From assembly GCF_018350175.1 (NCBI RefSeq), contig NC_058368.1, positions 75,828,001 through 75,892,000 of the forward strand: a DNA stretch of 64,000 nucleotides, read 5' to 3'. The position numbers were made by a program, and so were the translations under genes. A model generated the notes under the pieces. That model ran no database searches. It worked only from the letters and a program-made list of their open reading frames with translations, and was not told where the DNA came from. Of this stretch, positions 12,045 to 25,090 are shown one piece after another. The stretch is from Felis catus (taxonomy: Eukaryota). The first letter of the stretch is position 1, and every line of letters begins with the position of its first letter.

Positions 12045-12735
12045 AGTTCTTGATAACCTTGTCCCAGGCCGGCAAGGTATTTTCACGGAACCTGTGTAGA
12101 GTCTTCAAAAGGTCATTCTGTCATCCCACCAAGCCAGCCACTTCAGCGGACCACTTCACGGTCTTTCAGCCATGGAAAGACTAGGGCATTCCATTAGCAG
12201 GAGCCCATTGTCACACTTCTTTTACTATGGAGTAAGTTCTTTGGTTAGAAGCAATGCTCGGGGGACTATCATGATAGCACACAGGAATTCTGTAAGTGTA
12301 CGGGTTGCTGTTTGGGCAGAAATATATTTGCAGGGAAGGCACATCCATATCCAGAGTAACTGTCAATTTCAGGATGATCAAAATGCTGCCACTTCCATGA
12401 CAGAAGAAGTCCAGGGCAATTCACCTGCCACCAGGTAGCTGATTGATCACACTAGGGAACTGTGCCATACCGAGGACTCAACGTTGATCTCTGCCATTGA
12501 TCGACTGGGCACGTGGCACCGGTAAGAGCTAGGTCAGCCTTGATAAATGGAAGTCCGTGTCACCAAGCCCGTGCATAACCTCCCTTCCTACTACCAGGGC
12601 CATTCTGTTCATGAACCCCGCTGGGCTATGACAAAGGTGGCTGGGTAAAGAGGCTGGCTGGTAATTACAGAATGGGTCATCCTACCCACTTAATTATTAA
12701 AATTCTCCTCTGCTGAAGTCACTTTTGGTGACTTC
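12045..12735 (-). mobile_element. ERV-L pol fossil (end of RNase H, integrase zinc finger and catalytic core), with stops and frameshifts
   Basis: Manual translation: VTSAEENFNN*VGRMTHSV..HEQNGPGSRKGGYARAW*HGLPFIKADLA..CPV..LSPRYGTVP..ATWWQVN..IDSYSGYGCAFPA..SIASNQRT..AGLV..NDLLKT, matching ERV-L integrase. Confidence 0.9.
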
Positions 12736-13134
12736 ATCACTTTAGCCAACATTATTCAATTAAAAAAATTGAAACATTTTTTTACCTTAAAAACTAAGAT
12801 ATAAGCCATGAAGGTACATGAAATAGTAATGTCTTCTATTTATTCAAAGGCTTTAAACTTCATTTAGAGTTTATGCTTCCCAAAGTTCACATAGGTAAAG
12901 TTTGAGATAGGTTGGGTTGGGATAGAGGAATCCTGCTACTCAGAGCATTATTCTTTTTTTTTTTTTTGAAAAAAACTTGGTGAGGAAGCTTAAATTTCAA
13001 CCTCAAGGTCAAGGAAGTGACGCTGAAAGTCCATCATTGATCTTTCCCACTGTGTCCAGTTACTATCATTTCATCTAATAAGGGACTCTGAGCTGATTTT
13101 CTAAGCCTAGGTATCTTTTTCAAGAGATCTGTAA

Positions 13135-13380
13135 ACTAATCATAGCCATTTATTGAGTACTTTCTTTGTATTGGTCATTGTGACGGTGCTTTCATGTACT
13201 ATCTTCTTTATTCCACACAACAATTCCATGATGTAGGTATGGACTCTCCTAGGAAGAAAATGAGACTGAAAAGGTTGAATAGCTTGCCCCAAATCATGCA
13301 GGAGATAAGTAGAATCAGAAGTCTCTCATTTGTGTCTGTCTGTAAAGTCTTTGTTCTTAATTATTATGTGATATTGCCTC
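13135..13380 (-). mobile_element. MIR
   Basis: 'gccatttattgagtac...gaagaaaatgagactgaaaaggttgaatagcttgccccaaatcatgcag' is antisense MIR. Confidence 0.75.
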
Positions 13381-13438
13381 CCACTGTTATAATTCCATTT
13401 TAGTAAATGCTAATCCCGTGAACGCTTTTCAAGAGGGG

Positions 13439-13460
13439 TGTGTGTGTGTGTGTGTGTGTG
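13439..13460 (+). repeat. (TG)11 microsatellite
   Basis: Directly visible. Confidence 0.95.
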
Positions 13461-13619
13461 AGCACACATGGATATGTACTCTATAAATGGCAAATGTATA
13501 TTTGTGTTCATATTCATATTTGTAATGTGGTAGTCTATAAAATGACTGTTTTACTCTCTAGCACAAAGTGCACATGAAAGTAAATGGTATGTCCCATCGT
13601 CAAGTACTAGCCTAGTCAT

Positions 13620-13825
13620 TTTCACTCATATTAGATAGTTTCCCACTCATTACAACCATGAACGATAGGATTTATTGTTCCCTTTTTCCAGATCAATAAA
13701 TTGAGTTGAGGGAATTAAGGTAATTTGCCCTAGCTGACATAGCTAATAATTGGAAGATCTGAAATCTAAGCCAAGGTCTATTAATTCCAAAGCTGGTGCA
13801 CTACCCATGATAACACATTGCCTGT
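13620..13825 (-). mobile_element. MIR
   Basis: 'aaattgagttgagggaattaaggtaatttgccctagctgacatagctaataattgg' is antisense MIR core. Confidence 0.75.
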
Positions 13826-16800
13826 CTGGGTATTCATTATCTTGCTAACCAAACACCAAAAGTTTCTTTTCACTGGCGAACAGTTACTATTCTGTCTTAA
13901 ATTGCCAGTTACAATGAGATTTTTAAAGCCAAATTAAATAGAATATTCTTGTGCATGTTCTTGAGCTCCCTACAGCAAAGACATAGTGAAATGTCAAGGT
14001 GGCAGCCAGGCAATCTCAAATGAATTGCACTTTGCTTCTTGGACATAGTTAGGAAAACTCAGAACCCATAATAATGTTAAATCCATAAGCCCATTTCTGA
14101 AGTTTTTACTTAAGCTGATCTTACTTTAGTTCCACAAAGAAATAGTCTTTTTTTTTCACAGGGGAAAAAAACAAAACAAAATGCGTTATGCTAAGCTGCT
14201 ACATTTTGCAATATATTTTATGAATGGATAATACCAGTATACTATAACCATGGCTTACGTTTTAATTTTAAATCCTGAGATTAATAGATATTTCTAAATA
14301 TAATGATTTTTCCTAATTTTAGCAGACTAAGAGTTTTTTTCTTTCAAAATCCGTATCTTCTTGCAATTAAGATAGCATATCAAAAATACATCTTTGTACC
14401 TACTACATGCTTTGCAACTTCAATTTTACATACTCAGAATAAGGTTCTTATCAAATACACCTAGAACATGAAGATAGTTGGCATAATATTGTTGTTATAT
14501 ATTATTATCAGATTCACCGCTCCTGTAGAGATTTTCTAAGTTATTTTATATATAAATGCCTCGATAGAATTTCTAGAACCATCGGAAGGAGCTCAGCAAA
14601 TTTAGTATATTCTCAATGAATAAAAATATGACCACGCCCCTTTTCCTCTGAAAAAGAATTACTGAGATACCTTGACACCCTTCTTAGGTACCTTTCTCTC
14701 CTTGAGTCTTTCTTTGGCCAATTTTCTTTGGGGTCTGAAGGTACTTGGGGTGTGATGTGGTGGGAGGTGGTATAACAAACAGTTCATTTAGTCAAGGAAT
14801 ATTTCTTGCCACACACTGTGTTCAGTTCTGAGGTAACAATGGTGAGCAAAAAGACAGTATAGTGCCAGGAATTCTACACGAGTAGAGGTATCCTGCTACT
14901 GCCTCCTGCTCTGAACTTTTTTTTTTCTTTTAATTCTTAGAAAATGATGATGCAAGCAGTTAACTAGCCATTCTTTGAGTGGCACTTATATAAAGAATTG
15001 TGCTAGACTTGGCACAAACTCCCCGGGGATAATGTCTTTAGAAGTCCCATCTGGAAGACATGGAGGACAATGGTAATCAATGAGAATCGCATTATGCAAA
15101 TCATAGTAGTATGGGTTGGTTTGGAACATTAATGCCTTTTCATGTGGTCAAGGCACCACCTCTCAAAGTTTTGGGGAGAACTGCTCCAAGGTTTGGAGCG
15201 AGAATCAACAAGGCATTGATCTGGAAAGAGCTATCCTATCAGTGAGTGAGTAGAATAATTGACAAAGAGATCACTTCATTGACTCCTTAACAACTAGGCA
15301 GGAACTCAGGGCTGGTTTCTCCATGACTTTGATTTCTGGGAGCAAGATACATCCTAGTCTTCAGAAACAGAATCTCAAGCTGATGGACACATCTTTCCTT
15401 GGGCAGCACTGGATGCGATACGGACATACACATTGGGGAATTTTAGTTAGGAGAGGTAGGAAAGGTGGAAAACTCGCCCTCACACTGAAGAGCGAGACTC
15501 TACCTTAACTGTTTCAAGCACAGGTAGAATAGAAAGCTGGCACTGTCAGAAGTAGCATTCAATGTTTTACTCGCCAGTATCCAACCTTAACAGTACAGTA
15601 TGTGTTAGGGTATGTCCTCTTGCTGATAGATGAACATGAGTTTCTTACGAGACAGGGTGTGGAAGTGTTTCACCCTGTTAAGCAAAGAGATTCTCCATCA
15701 CCTGGGTCTTAAATTGGTTTTCTTGATAATGATACACACACATCAATCCTATTTTTCTGGGGGAGAATATTCTAAATTGCTCGTTTTGGTGATGGAGTTA
15801 GGTAAAGGTAAAATGTTCTATGAAAGTCTTGCTGTCGGGTCAGGGAATAGACATCTAGATACATAAAGTGGCATCTCACCTTGTATTTATGGAATACAAT
15901 TGTATTTATGGAAAACCAAGTGTCCAGAGGGATTACTTTGAATCCTTAATTACATTTCATTGTATTTTAGGAAGGAAATTACACGCAGAAAAGTACGTAA
16001 TATACATTTTATAAATAGCTAGGATCTTTCGTACAGATTCTTTATAAAGATGCAAGTGTTTTACTTTATTTATAATTATATTTCTTCTGAATTCTTTTTT
16101 TCCCCCTGTTAACAAGAAGGAAAATTAATTGGCTTGTGATTTAAGCCATAATGTAACAGGAAAAAAAGTCAGCAGGATATTAAAAATTCCTAAGCCTCTC
16201 TGTGACTTTAAATATTCATTTGATTTCCATAAAATATCTAAAATTTTGTAGCCAGATGATATGCAAAAAAGAAAAGATTGACATTATTCACGAGGCCTGG
16301 GAAGCTCCACACACAAAAAATGTGCAATTCACATAACAGAATGCACAAATTACATTTTTCACTTCATATAACAATTCCTCCTCCCCCCCCCCCCCGCCAT
16401 TTACACCACATTTGCTCCCTTATCTTACAATCGCTTTTGTACACCCCATTCAGGCCAGTCTTCTTCAACACCCGGCTTACTTAAGCCATTTTTCCCCTCA
16501 TCTCCAACCAAAGGTGCCCCTTCCCACCACTTGGCTACTAAGTTCCTTAAGGGAAACTCTGAGTAATTAGAAGATATTTTTTTTTAAAAAAATTACTTTA
16601 CCAGAGGTTTATCAGTTGACCGTTTCATAAACAAGAAAAAGAGCCCATATTCAAGGCAAAGTTTATCATCACTTCCTCGCCATGTTGTTTACTTGGCTTC
16701 GGCAATTTAGAACTATAACTCACTGTGTGTAGAGGCCGGAGTCTATACAGCAAGTGCATTTCAGTGACTGTGTTTGTAGATCTTAACATCGTGTGTAAGT

Positions 16801-18038
16801 GGATTCCTCATATGAGAACCAATACAGTCCCCATCAAAACAAACGAAGGGCATGACTACTTTCACAGATTCTTTCTGTCTGGTCAGGAAAATGTCTGGAG
16901 ATAAAACCACTGGGAGATAATTGTTTCTATGATAAGCATATGGATGGCAGCTTAACAGTGCTTTGAGAAAGAACAGATCTGTATCTCCGTGAAGCAGATA
17001 TTTGACATTGATATTTTTATCAGCCACTTCCTTTCGTATTTTTCTCAAAATACACTCAGCTGCTAACATTCTAGCCAGAAAACATTCAAATGAATAGAGA
17101 TAATCCTTAGGCACTTGAAGCCCACTTCAGCCACAGAACTATAGGCAGCCTAAGGTTCTGGGGGATTTTGTACACTATCAGTTCCTTTTTCAGTGGAAAA
17201 AGTAATTAAAGTACAGAAACTTGGGCCATGAAGTATAATTAATTCTATTGTGAAATTAATACATTCTCCCAGCCCTCACAGTTCAGTGACTAAAGTCAGC
17301 ATCTCAGCTCATCTACTCTACACCAAAAGGGAACACTTGCTTCAGACTTTATTTAAAACATAAAGAGCAGATCTAGGCCATACGGAGAGAACTTCTATCC
17401 TGGAGGCTGTGGGAAGGGAATCCGGAACGATGAGGATAATATAATGTCTCATTGGAGAAGGAAGAAAATCCAAATTGAATTGAAACCAATGGGGCCTGGC
17501 TTTGCATGAGCGGCATTCATGGGATTCTCCCATACAGGATTGAACTTTATCAGTACTTAGTTACCCACAGATTTTTTAAGTGGAGACATTTGATACATTA
17601 CCATTTTTGTGCCATTACAAACACACATAAATACGCACCGACACACGCGCAGGGCAGTAGGGTATGGCAGGCAAATTTCAATCACGTTTCGAGATTAAAA
17701 TGTTTGAATAACTGAAATCTGAAGAGCGGATACTCTCTGTTCTCATCTGTAAGTTTCTCTTGGCCACTGAGTCTGAAACTCCCACTGCAGAGCTAATAAT
17801 CGGTTGAACCACAGAGGTGAGACTGCCACGGGAGGTTGGAAGTGATGGTGGTGCCATTGTTATCACAATCCATGGACTCAAAAAACAGCGAGCCCTACCG
17901 AGCCCAATTCTCAAAGTCCTGAGAGCACGCTACTCCCTTAATCATGATGGCAGGGCAAAAATCCGTGTTAAGTTTTGTGCACTGATAGCGGCTTTACATA
18001 AGTAAGACATATGTTACCACAAGTAGACTAAGACCAGC

Positions 18039-18232
18039 ATATAGATATAGATATGCATATAGATGACACAGATATATAGGTATAGATATGTATGTAGATA
18101 TAAATGATACAGATATAGATATAGATAGATGATATAGATGTAGATATAGATATAGATGGTTATAGATGTGGATATAAATACAGATACAAATGGATAAAAA
18201 CAAATATAGTTATATATACAGCATACATGTAT
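18039..18232. repeat. Degenerate (ATAGAT/GATA)n simple repeat
   Basis: Directly visible. Confidence 0.9.
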
Positions 18233-18594
18233 AATAAAGGAACTTACATTAAATCATTGTAAAAATTGTAAGCACTCAGAAACACAGGAAAAGCAATACC
18301 AGTAAACTTATCCATATGCTCATTACCCAGTAAGTCAATTATCTGGATTTTGTGCACCTCCTTCATCTACCTTTTTGTCATCTTGACCCTTGTATTTCAG
18401 TAATAGTGACACACTTTATGGAAAACATGAAAGTAACTCCTGTTTACCATTTCAGGAATAGCAAAATGTAAAAATAGTAAAAGAGACAGACTAGAAAGTA
18501 ATTAATAAGAGAAGAACAAGGTCATAGAACAAGAAATCTATATAGCGGTTAATTAAATGTAACAGATGCATGCATGCAGCCATATTACTAAAGA

Positions 18595-18930
18595 CATACA
18601 AATATAAAATATATATAATAAGGTATAACATATATATGCATATAAATAAAATCAAATATAAATATTTTATATATAACATATATGGTGGGTATCTATATAT
18701 TATAGGTATATAATATATGTATATATATGTATATAAGTATATTATAGGTATATATATTCTCTCTATATTACTATATTTGTATACATCCATCTGTATCTAT
18801 CAGCTATTTATCTATCTGTACTTATATATACCTATAATATGCCTATTATATATGTAGCATACCTACTATATATTATATATATATATATATAATATGTGTA
18901 TTTGGATGGATATATATTTATTATATGTAA
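18595..18930. repeat. AT-rich (TA)n-like low-complexity tract
   Basis: Directly visible. Confidence 0.9.
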
Positions 18931-19159
18931 TGGACACAATACTGTGATTTATTTTCTACTAAAGAAAACATTTAAAAAGCTGTAAATGTTGGTTGTCTTG
19001 GGAGAAGGAATTGGAGGGTTGGAGAAGGAATTGGAGGGTTGGAGAAGGGGGCTTTTTATTCTGTGATTTTTTTAATTCTACACTGTTTGAATTCTTGTCA
19101 TGTGCAAGTATTGTTCCCATTGAAAAATAAGTAGAACCATTCTGATTTAAGATTGCTTT

Positions 19160-19325
19160 TGTGAAAATCCCCACTTTTCCACTTAGTAGTTGTATGACTT
19201 TGAAGCGTTTGGTACTTTCCATCTTGAGGCTTCAGTGTTCTATACGAATGGGTTATTCATTACCTACCTTACACAGTTATATGATGATTGGCACAAGGTA
19301 AGAGTCAATAAATAAATGCTAGTTT
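19160..19325 (+). mobile_element. MIR
   Basis: 'ccacttagtagttgtatgactttg...gcttcagtgttc...tacctacctt...tggcacaaggtaagagtcaataaat'. Confidence 0.7.
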
Positions 19326-19418
19326 TATGAGTAGTTTTAAAACTATACCTTCATCATTTGTACGTTGTATAACTCCATTCACCTATATAAATGTTTTCTC
19401 TAAATTTTTGATAGTGTA

Positions 19419-19651
19419 GGGGCGCCTGGGTGGCTCAGTCGGTTAAGCGTCCGACTTCAGCTCAGGTCACGATCTCGCGGTCCGTGAGTTCGAGCCCCGC
19501 GTCGGGCTCTGGGCTGATGGCTCAGAGCCTGGAGCCTGCTTCCGATCCTGTGTCTCCCTCTCTCTCTGCCCCTCCCCCGTTCATGCTCTGTCTCTCTCTG
19601 TCTCAAAAATAAATAAACGTTAAAAAAAAAAATTTAAAAAAAAATAAAAAA
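19419..19651 (+). mobile_element. Young Can-SINE (SINEC_Fc-type)
   Basis: CpG-rich, long A-tail; perfect 18-bp TSD taaatttttgatagtgta at 19401-19418 and 19652-19669. Confidence 0.97.
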
Positions 19652-19677
19652 TAAATTTTTGATAGTGTATATTTAAA

Positions 19678-19904
19678 GCTTTTTAATGTTTTGATTTATT
19701 TTTGAGAGAGAGAACACACGTGCACATGAATGAATGGGGGAGGGGAGGGGCAGAGAGAGAGAGAGGGAGACACAGAATCCGAGGCAGGCTCCAGGGTTTG
19801 AGCTGTCCGTACAGAGCCCTATGTGGGGCTCAAACTCATGAGCTGGGTGATCATGACTTGAGCGGAAGTCAGACGCTTAACGAACTGAATCACCCAGGTG
19901 CCCC
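19678..19904 (-). mobile_element. Can-SINE
   Basis: Full-length antisense copy, tail-to-tail with the preceding SINE. Confidence 0.95.
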
Positions 19905-20849
19905 TATATTATATTTATTTAAAAATCTAATGAACATTTCATTTCCATAATGTTTCTAAAATTATTTATGTGATAAAAAACATTCTGCAGTAGCTACTGG
20001 ATATGGAAAGTTTTAAAGACAAACTTCATATTCTATTCTAGAAAAATCTTACCTACCATTTTATACACGGTCATGTTTTGAAAATTTTAGAATGCTGCAT
20101 TTTTTTTTTCAGTAAAAAATGATCATTCATATCTGACGTCAAAAATGCCTAGGTATCATTTGTTATGTATTTACTCAACAAATAGTTTTTGATCAACTGC
20201 TGTAATACAGATAAAAAAAATAGGTTGGGACTAAGATACAAATTCATCAAAGAAAAAACAAAAACAAAAACCAGAAAAACGGCCTAGCCCCTGCCTTCAG
20301 GGGGTTTGGGGTGGAAAAGGGTAATTCAGAATGTGAATCAATATAACCACTGAAATGCTATCTGAATGGTAAAATGACATCAGTACCAAAACAGTCCCTT
20401 TATTTCACAGCAGGAAGCGTATTCCTAATTAAACATAATATTCATGGGTCATGATTGAAACCGATCTAAATATTATTAGTGGAAATCCAATAATATAACC
20501 AAGACATCTAAACCACTAGGATTCTAGTGAACTGAGAAACCATAAGATAGCTTTGACATTATTGTTATTAAAATATTGATGCACACCTTGGCCATGGGGA
20601 AACAGCTATGTTTAATAGTGTCATGAGCAATAAGAACCCCTTAGGGTAAAGGAAACAAATAGCAACTGGACCATCAAACGTTTTCTTTAGCACAATGTTA
20701 TTACAATGAGTTGTAGTATCAGTTCCGCCTTGAGTTACGTCACAGGACGCAAGTTGAGTATGTAGCTGCCCATCCATTACCCTGTAAAGTCCCCCACTCT
20801 TGGCCCTGACAAAGTCTAAGAACTCGTCTGTCCCCCCCAGCAAACTCAC

Positions 20850-20974
20850 CTGGTGCCAGGAGAGATTTCAGGAAGCTGTCGTGGATAGTGGCACTCATTT
20901 TAGAAGACTCCAGTTGTTATAAAAATGGAGGAGAAAGATGACGCTTGTTTGCCCGCCATGTCTTCTTGCAGTCG
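20850..20974 (-). other. Candidate exon of an unidentified minus-strand transcript
   Basis: Consensus donor CAG|gtgagt at 20850/20849; possible acceptor gtatttgtag| at 20975 with an upstream pyrimidine-rich tract; non-repetitive, CpG-richer context. Confidence 0.25.
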
Positions 20975-23319
20975 CTACAAATACAACGTAGTGGTTTGGG
21001 GTTAAAAGGGGGATTGAAGCAGTGAGAAGAGCAGGATTACCCGAGAAGATAGGTTGCCTCCAACATCTGGAGGACCCACCTTCACACTCTTTGACAGACA
21101 CCCCCACCATCCCAATCACTACCATCTTCTTGCATGGGCTTCCTGAAGTTTGCTAACAGTGAAGATGCATATTAGCTTGACTCTGCCCCCTGGGAATTTC
21201 GCCTTAAGGAGGTTTGGGAACTCAAGACTCCTGTTGGTACCGAACGCAGCTGAGTGCATTTCACGGTGCAATTCCACGAAACCGCCCGATGTCTGGACTT
21301 GCTATACAGTTATTTATGAGAAGGTGTTATGATGTAGGGGAGAGATGAAGGGATTATTCCAGAAATAATTATGCTTTTGTTAACAGGTTTATCGACATGA
21401 GTTTCACTTTAATTTTCCTCTCCTCTGCCCTTTCCCAGCACAAGTTTTAGGAACCGTAATCACCACGTCCCATCATACCGAAAATATGCCAGGTCAATGA
21501 GACATATGGAGGCACACACCGTCTAAAAAGGTCCCAAGAAACTGGCTCAATCTCTAACAAAGCCTCGTGTGCAACAGTATCTCCTTACACTGCCGTGGCT
21601 GCACATTAACACACGCGTGTGCATATGTGCACACACACCCCCTGGTAAATCCTTAAGTCGTTCAGCAGTCTTGTTCAACAGATTAAAATTGTGTTGAACA
21701 AAAGCCCTTCTGCTGCATTCATTTGCAAAAGGATATAATTAGTTGTTCTTTCAGTTTCCTGGATAAAGATGGCACATATAAAAAAAATAACAGGTTGTCA
21801 ATACCCTAAAGGGTTAGCAGTATGAACTCAACAAAGGAATACATTTTAAGGCAACAAGAGCTTACTTTTCCCTAATATCTGGGGTATTTGGGGATCCCAT
21901 ATGGCATGAAAGCATGTGTTAAAAATGCAAAGTAAGCACTTTTATATTTTATTTTTAAGTCCTAAAATGCTTCTCGTCATAATTTTTATGTTAAAAGCAA
22001 AACCACTGTAAATAGTAAGTTTATTAAGTAGAATAACATAGAAGAATAGCTCTAGAAAATAGTCCCTAGGGTCAATTCTGACCCACAAAATGTATATTAA
22101 CTAATTAAATTATTTTTCGGGCTTCAAATAAGTCAATCGACGAGTATCTATTGAGGATATATGATCTTTCAGTCAGAGTTTTCATGTACTTTTGAAAGAA
22201 AAAAAAGGGAAAACAGCGAGACAGATTAACCACAAATTGTACATTGCACCACAGTAATGTGGAACACATTAAATTATTATGCTACCATTTCTTTTTTTTT
22301 TTATGATACCACTTCTACCTATTTCCCATCTATATATTATCTGGAAGCTTAAAATCAGTACTGAGTGACTCTTACTCCCTTTTGGACCACCATCAGCTTG
22401 AAGATGTTATGAAATCTTTGTCTAGGAAGTCACAGATAGTTGGGACACAAATTTTACACAAGGTATTGCACCCCGTGTCAGGGAGTTTATCTTCGAGGCC
22501 AGCAGGAACAGCAGGTTAGGATCAGCCACCTTGACGATGAGAGACATGATATTGTTTGAGTTCTATTCCAATTCATCCAAGCTGAGACGATATATATTAA
22601 GACAGAGTTATCTTTCCATTTTTTATACTAACTGTCACCAAGGCAGAGAACACAAGCCAACAGTCCCAACTGGCACCAGTAGTTTGTATCTTGCAATTCA
22701 ATTGCAGGCTTTTACTTTCAAGCATAATTTCTCTTAAAATTTCTGGGAAGGACGGGCCGCTCCTAGGATTGGGTCCTAACGTAGGCAGGAGGCACTAAGG
22801 ATTGTAAAGGTGAGAAACTGATAAGCATTATACACTCGCTGGAGGACGGGGAGAATTCTAATGGCATTTTGTCAGGAAGCCAGCTCCTTCCTGTTTAAAA
22901 GGTAGTATGTTCTTATGAGCAAATAAATTATCCCTCCCACCATTCAGTTACTTAGGAAGACAACCTAAGAGGCCACCAAACCTCCTCCACAAAGCAGGGA
23001 ATAGCTTTTAGAGGAAATGACTGTGCAAGTCGAAAGTAGTTCATCAAGACAATGAATGCAGATGCGAGCCCGAAGGTGGGTTGCTCAAGTGCCCAGTGTG
23101 AACTCCCAGGCTTACAAGATCTGCACTCCAGGGAGGGAAAGCTCCCCAGAGCAACAGTATCAGGAGCTCAGAGGAACATTTGTGGGAAAACTGTCATGAT
23201 GTATAGAGGGTATGTAGCATGCTAGAGAAGATTCTAGAAAGAAACATGTATCTAGGGATGTGCATATCTACTGAAGCCCTGATAGAAGCTACAATGTTAA
23301 AACTCCAAAAGACAATTGC

Positions 23320-23425
23320 TTTTGCTGATATAGGACATTATTGACCTTATACAGAACTTATATAAGACCTTATTAAGGTCTTCAATAACGTCTGGGAGTA
23401 TAAAGGATCCTGAAATAAAAACGTG
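23320..23425. mobile_element. Possible hAT-Charlie DNA transposon fragment
   Basis: 'tgggagtataaaggatcctgaaataaaaa' resembles a Charlie-family end; recalled similarity only. Confidence 0.3.
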
Positions 23426-23464
23426 AACTGATGTATTCTAGGATTTATCTTTATTTGAACCCAG

Positions 23465-23510
23465 GACAGTGCCTAGCACATAGCAGGCACTCAATAAATA
23501 CTTATAAACT
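23465..23510 (+). mobile_element. L2 3' end
   Basis: 'cagtgcctagcacatagcaggcactcaataaatac' is the L2 terminal motif. Confidence 0.75.
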
Positions 23511-23511
23511 T

Positions 23512-23722
23512 GGGGTACCTGAGTGGCTCAGTCAGTTAAACGTCCGACTTCCGCTCAGGTCATGATCTCGCAGTTCATGGGTCTGAGACCTATATCGGGC
23601 TCTGTGCTGACAGCTCAGAGCCTGGAGCCTACTTTAGATTCTGTGTCTTTCTTTCTATCTGCCCCTCCCCCACTCATGCTCTTTCTCTCAAAAATAAAAA
23701 CATTTCAAAAATTAAAAACAAA
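23512..23722 (+). mobile_element. Can-SINE
   Basis: Head, B-box region, CT tract and A-tail. Confidence 0.95.
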
Positions 23723-23879
23723 TATTTAATAAACGAAGGAATCAAACACATACTCAGTTTCATCTTATTAGACAACTGTTAGCAATCTAACAAGAATAGA
23801 TTGTTGGTAATAACTAATGTCACACTTGCACCTACTTGTAAATATTTATAGTTGGCTGTTTATTTAACCCAGTGAGCCT

Positions 23880-25090
23880 TTTTAACATTCATTGAGACAT
23901 ATGTCACACAACATAAAATTCATCATTTTTTTGTGTACTCTGGAATGTTATTTCAGTATAGTCGCTGTGTTGTGCAACCATCACTACTAACCAAATCTAG
24001 AACATTCTCATCACCAGCCCCCGCCCCCACCCCCCACCCCCCCAAAAAACACAGTACCTATTAGCAGTTAGGCCAAATGCCTCTCTTCTTCCAGCACTTA
24101 GGAGCCACTAGTCTACTGTTCCTGTGGACTGGCCAATTGCAGTCATTTCATTTGAAGGGAATAAATAGGACCCTTTGTGACCTTCTCTGTTTGATTCTTT
24201 CCCTTAGCATAATGTTTTCAAAGTTCATATTGTAATACGTAACAGTGCTTCATTCCTTTTTATTACTACCCATTGCGTGGGTAGGCTACATTTGTTTATC
24301 CATTCATCAACTGGTGGACATTTTATTTTTTTCTACCTTTTGACTATTATGAGTACGCTGCTGTGAATATTCACGCACACATTTTTTTTTTTGAACCTGT
24401 TTTCACTTCTCTCAGACATGTACGTAGGACTGGAATTGCTGGGTCACATGGCAAAACTATGTATAGCCTTTTGAGGAAGTCACCAACTGTTTTCCACAGT
24501 GACTGCACCATGCCACATTACTGCTGGCAATGTATGAGGGTTCCAATTTCTCCATATCTCCACCCAATCCTGTTATGTTTGTTCTATCACAGCCATGCTA
24601 GTAGGTCCAAAGGGGTTTGTCATTGTGGTTTTAATTCGCATTCCATGACTAATGACGTTGAGCATCTTTTCACGTGCTCGTGGCCATTCGTATGTCTTCC
24701 CTGGAGAACTGCCTATTCAAATACTTGCCCAGCTTTTAATTGGATTATCTCTTTATTGCTGAGTTCTAAGAGTTCTTTATATTATATATTCTGAATACTA
24801 GATCCTTACTAAATACATATTTACACTTAGTTACCCCATCTTGGTGCCTTTCACTTTCTTAGTGTTCTTTGATGCACAGAAGATTTTATTATTATTATTA
24901 CTATTGTTAGTCTGATAAAAAAATTAGTTTATCAGTCTCCTTACGTGGCTTGTGCTTTTGGTGTCGTATCTAAGAAACCATGGCCTGACCAGGAAGGCAC
25001 ACAGATTTTCACCTTTGTTTTCTTCCAAGAGGGTGTAAATTGAGACAGGGGTACTGAATGATTATTTTATAGGTGTATATCCAGGTTCCT
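23880..25090 (-). mobile_element. Older L1M (L1MB-like) 3' region
   Basis: Antisense L1 motifs 'ggaattgctgggtcacatgg', 'ccaactgttttccacagtgactgcacc', 'aatgacgttgagcatcttttcacgtgc', 'tgtgcaaccatcactact'. Confidence 0.9.

Noticed and set aside
16761..17114. 117-aa minus-strand ORF in unique DNA
   Set aside because: Non-ATG start, no recognisable domain and no convincing splice sites.
20568..20849. 93-aa minus-strand ORF (SLLGGTDEFLDFVRAKSGG...)
   Set aside because: Its GTG start coincides with the candidate splice donor; no recognisable homology.
22069..22084. GGGTCA-attc-TGACCC as an estrogen response element
   Set aside because: The spacer is 4 nt, not the canonical 3.
23364..23382. Palindrome aagacctta-t-taaggtctt
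   Set aside because: Lies in a probable DNA-transposon remnant; no independent sign of function.
24363..24794. Longest ORF (143 aa)
   Set aside because: Antisense reading of an old L1.
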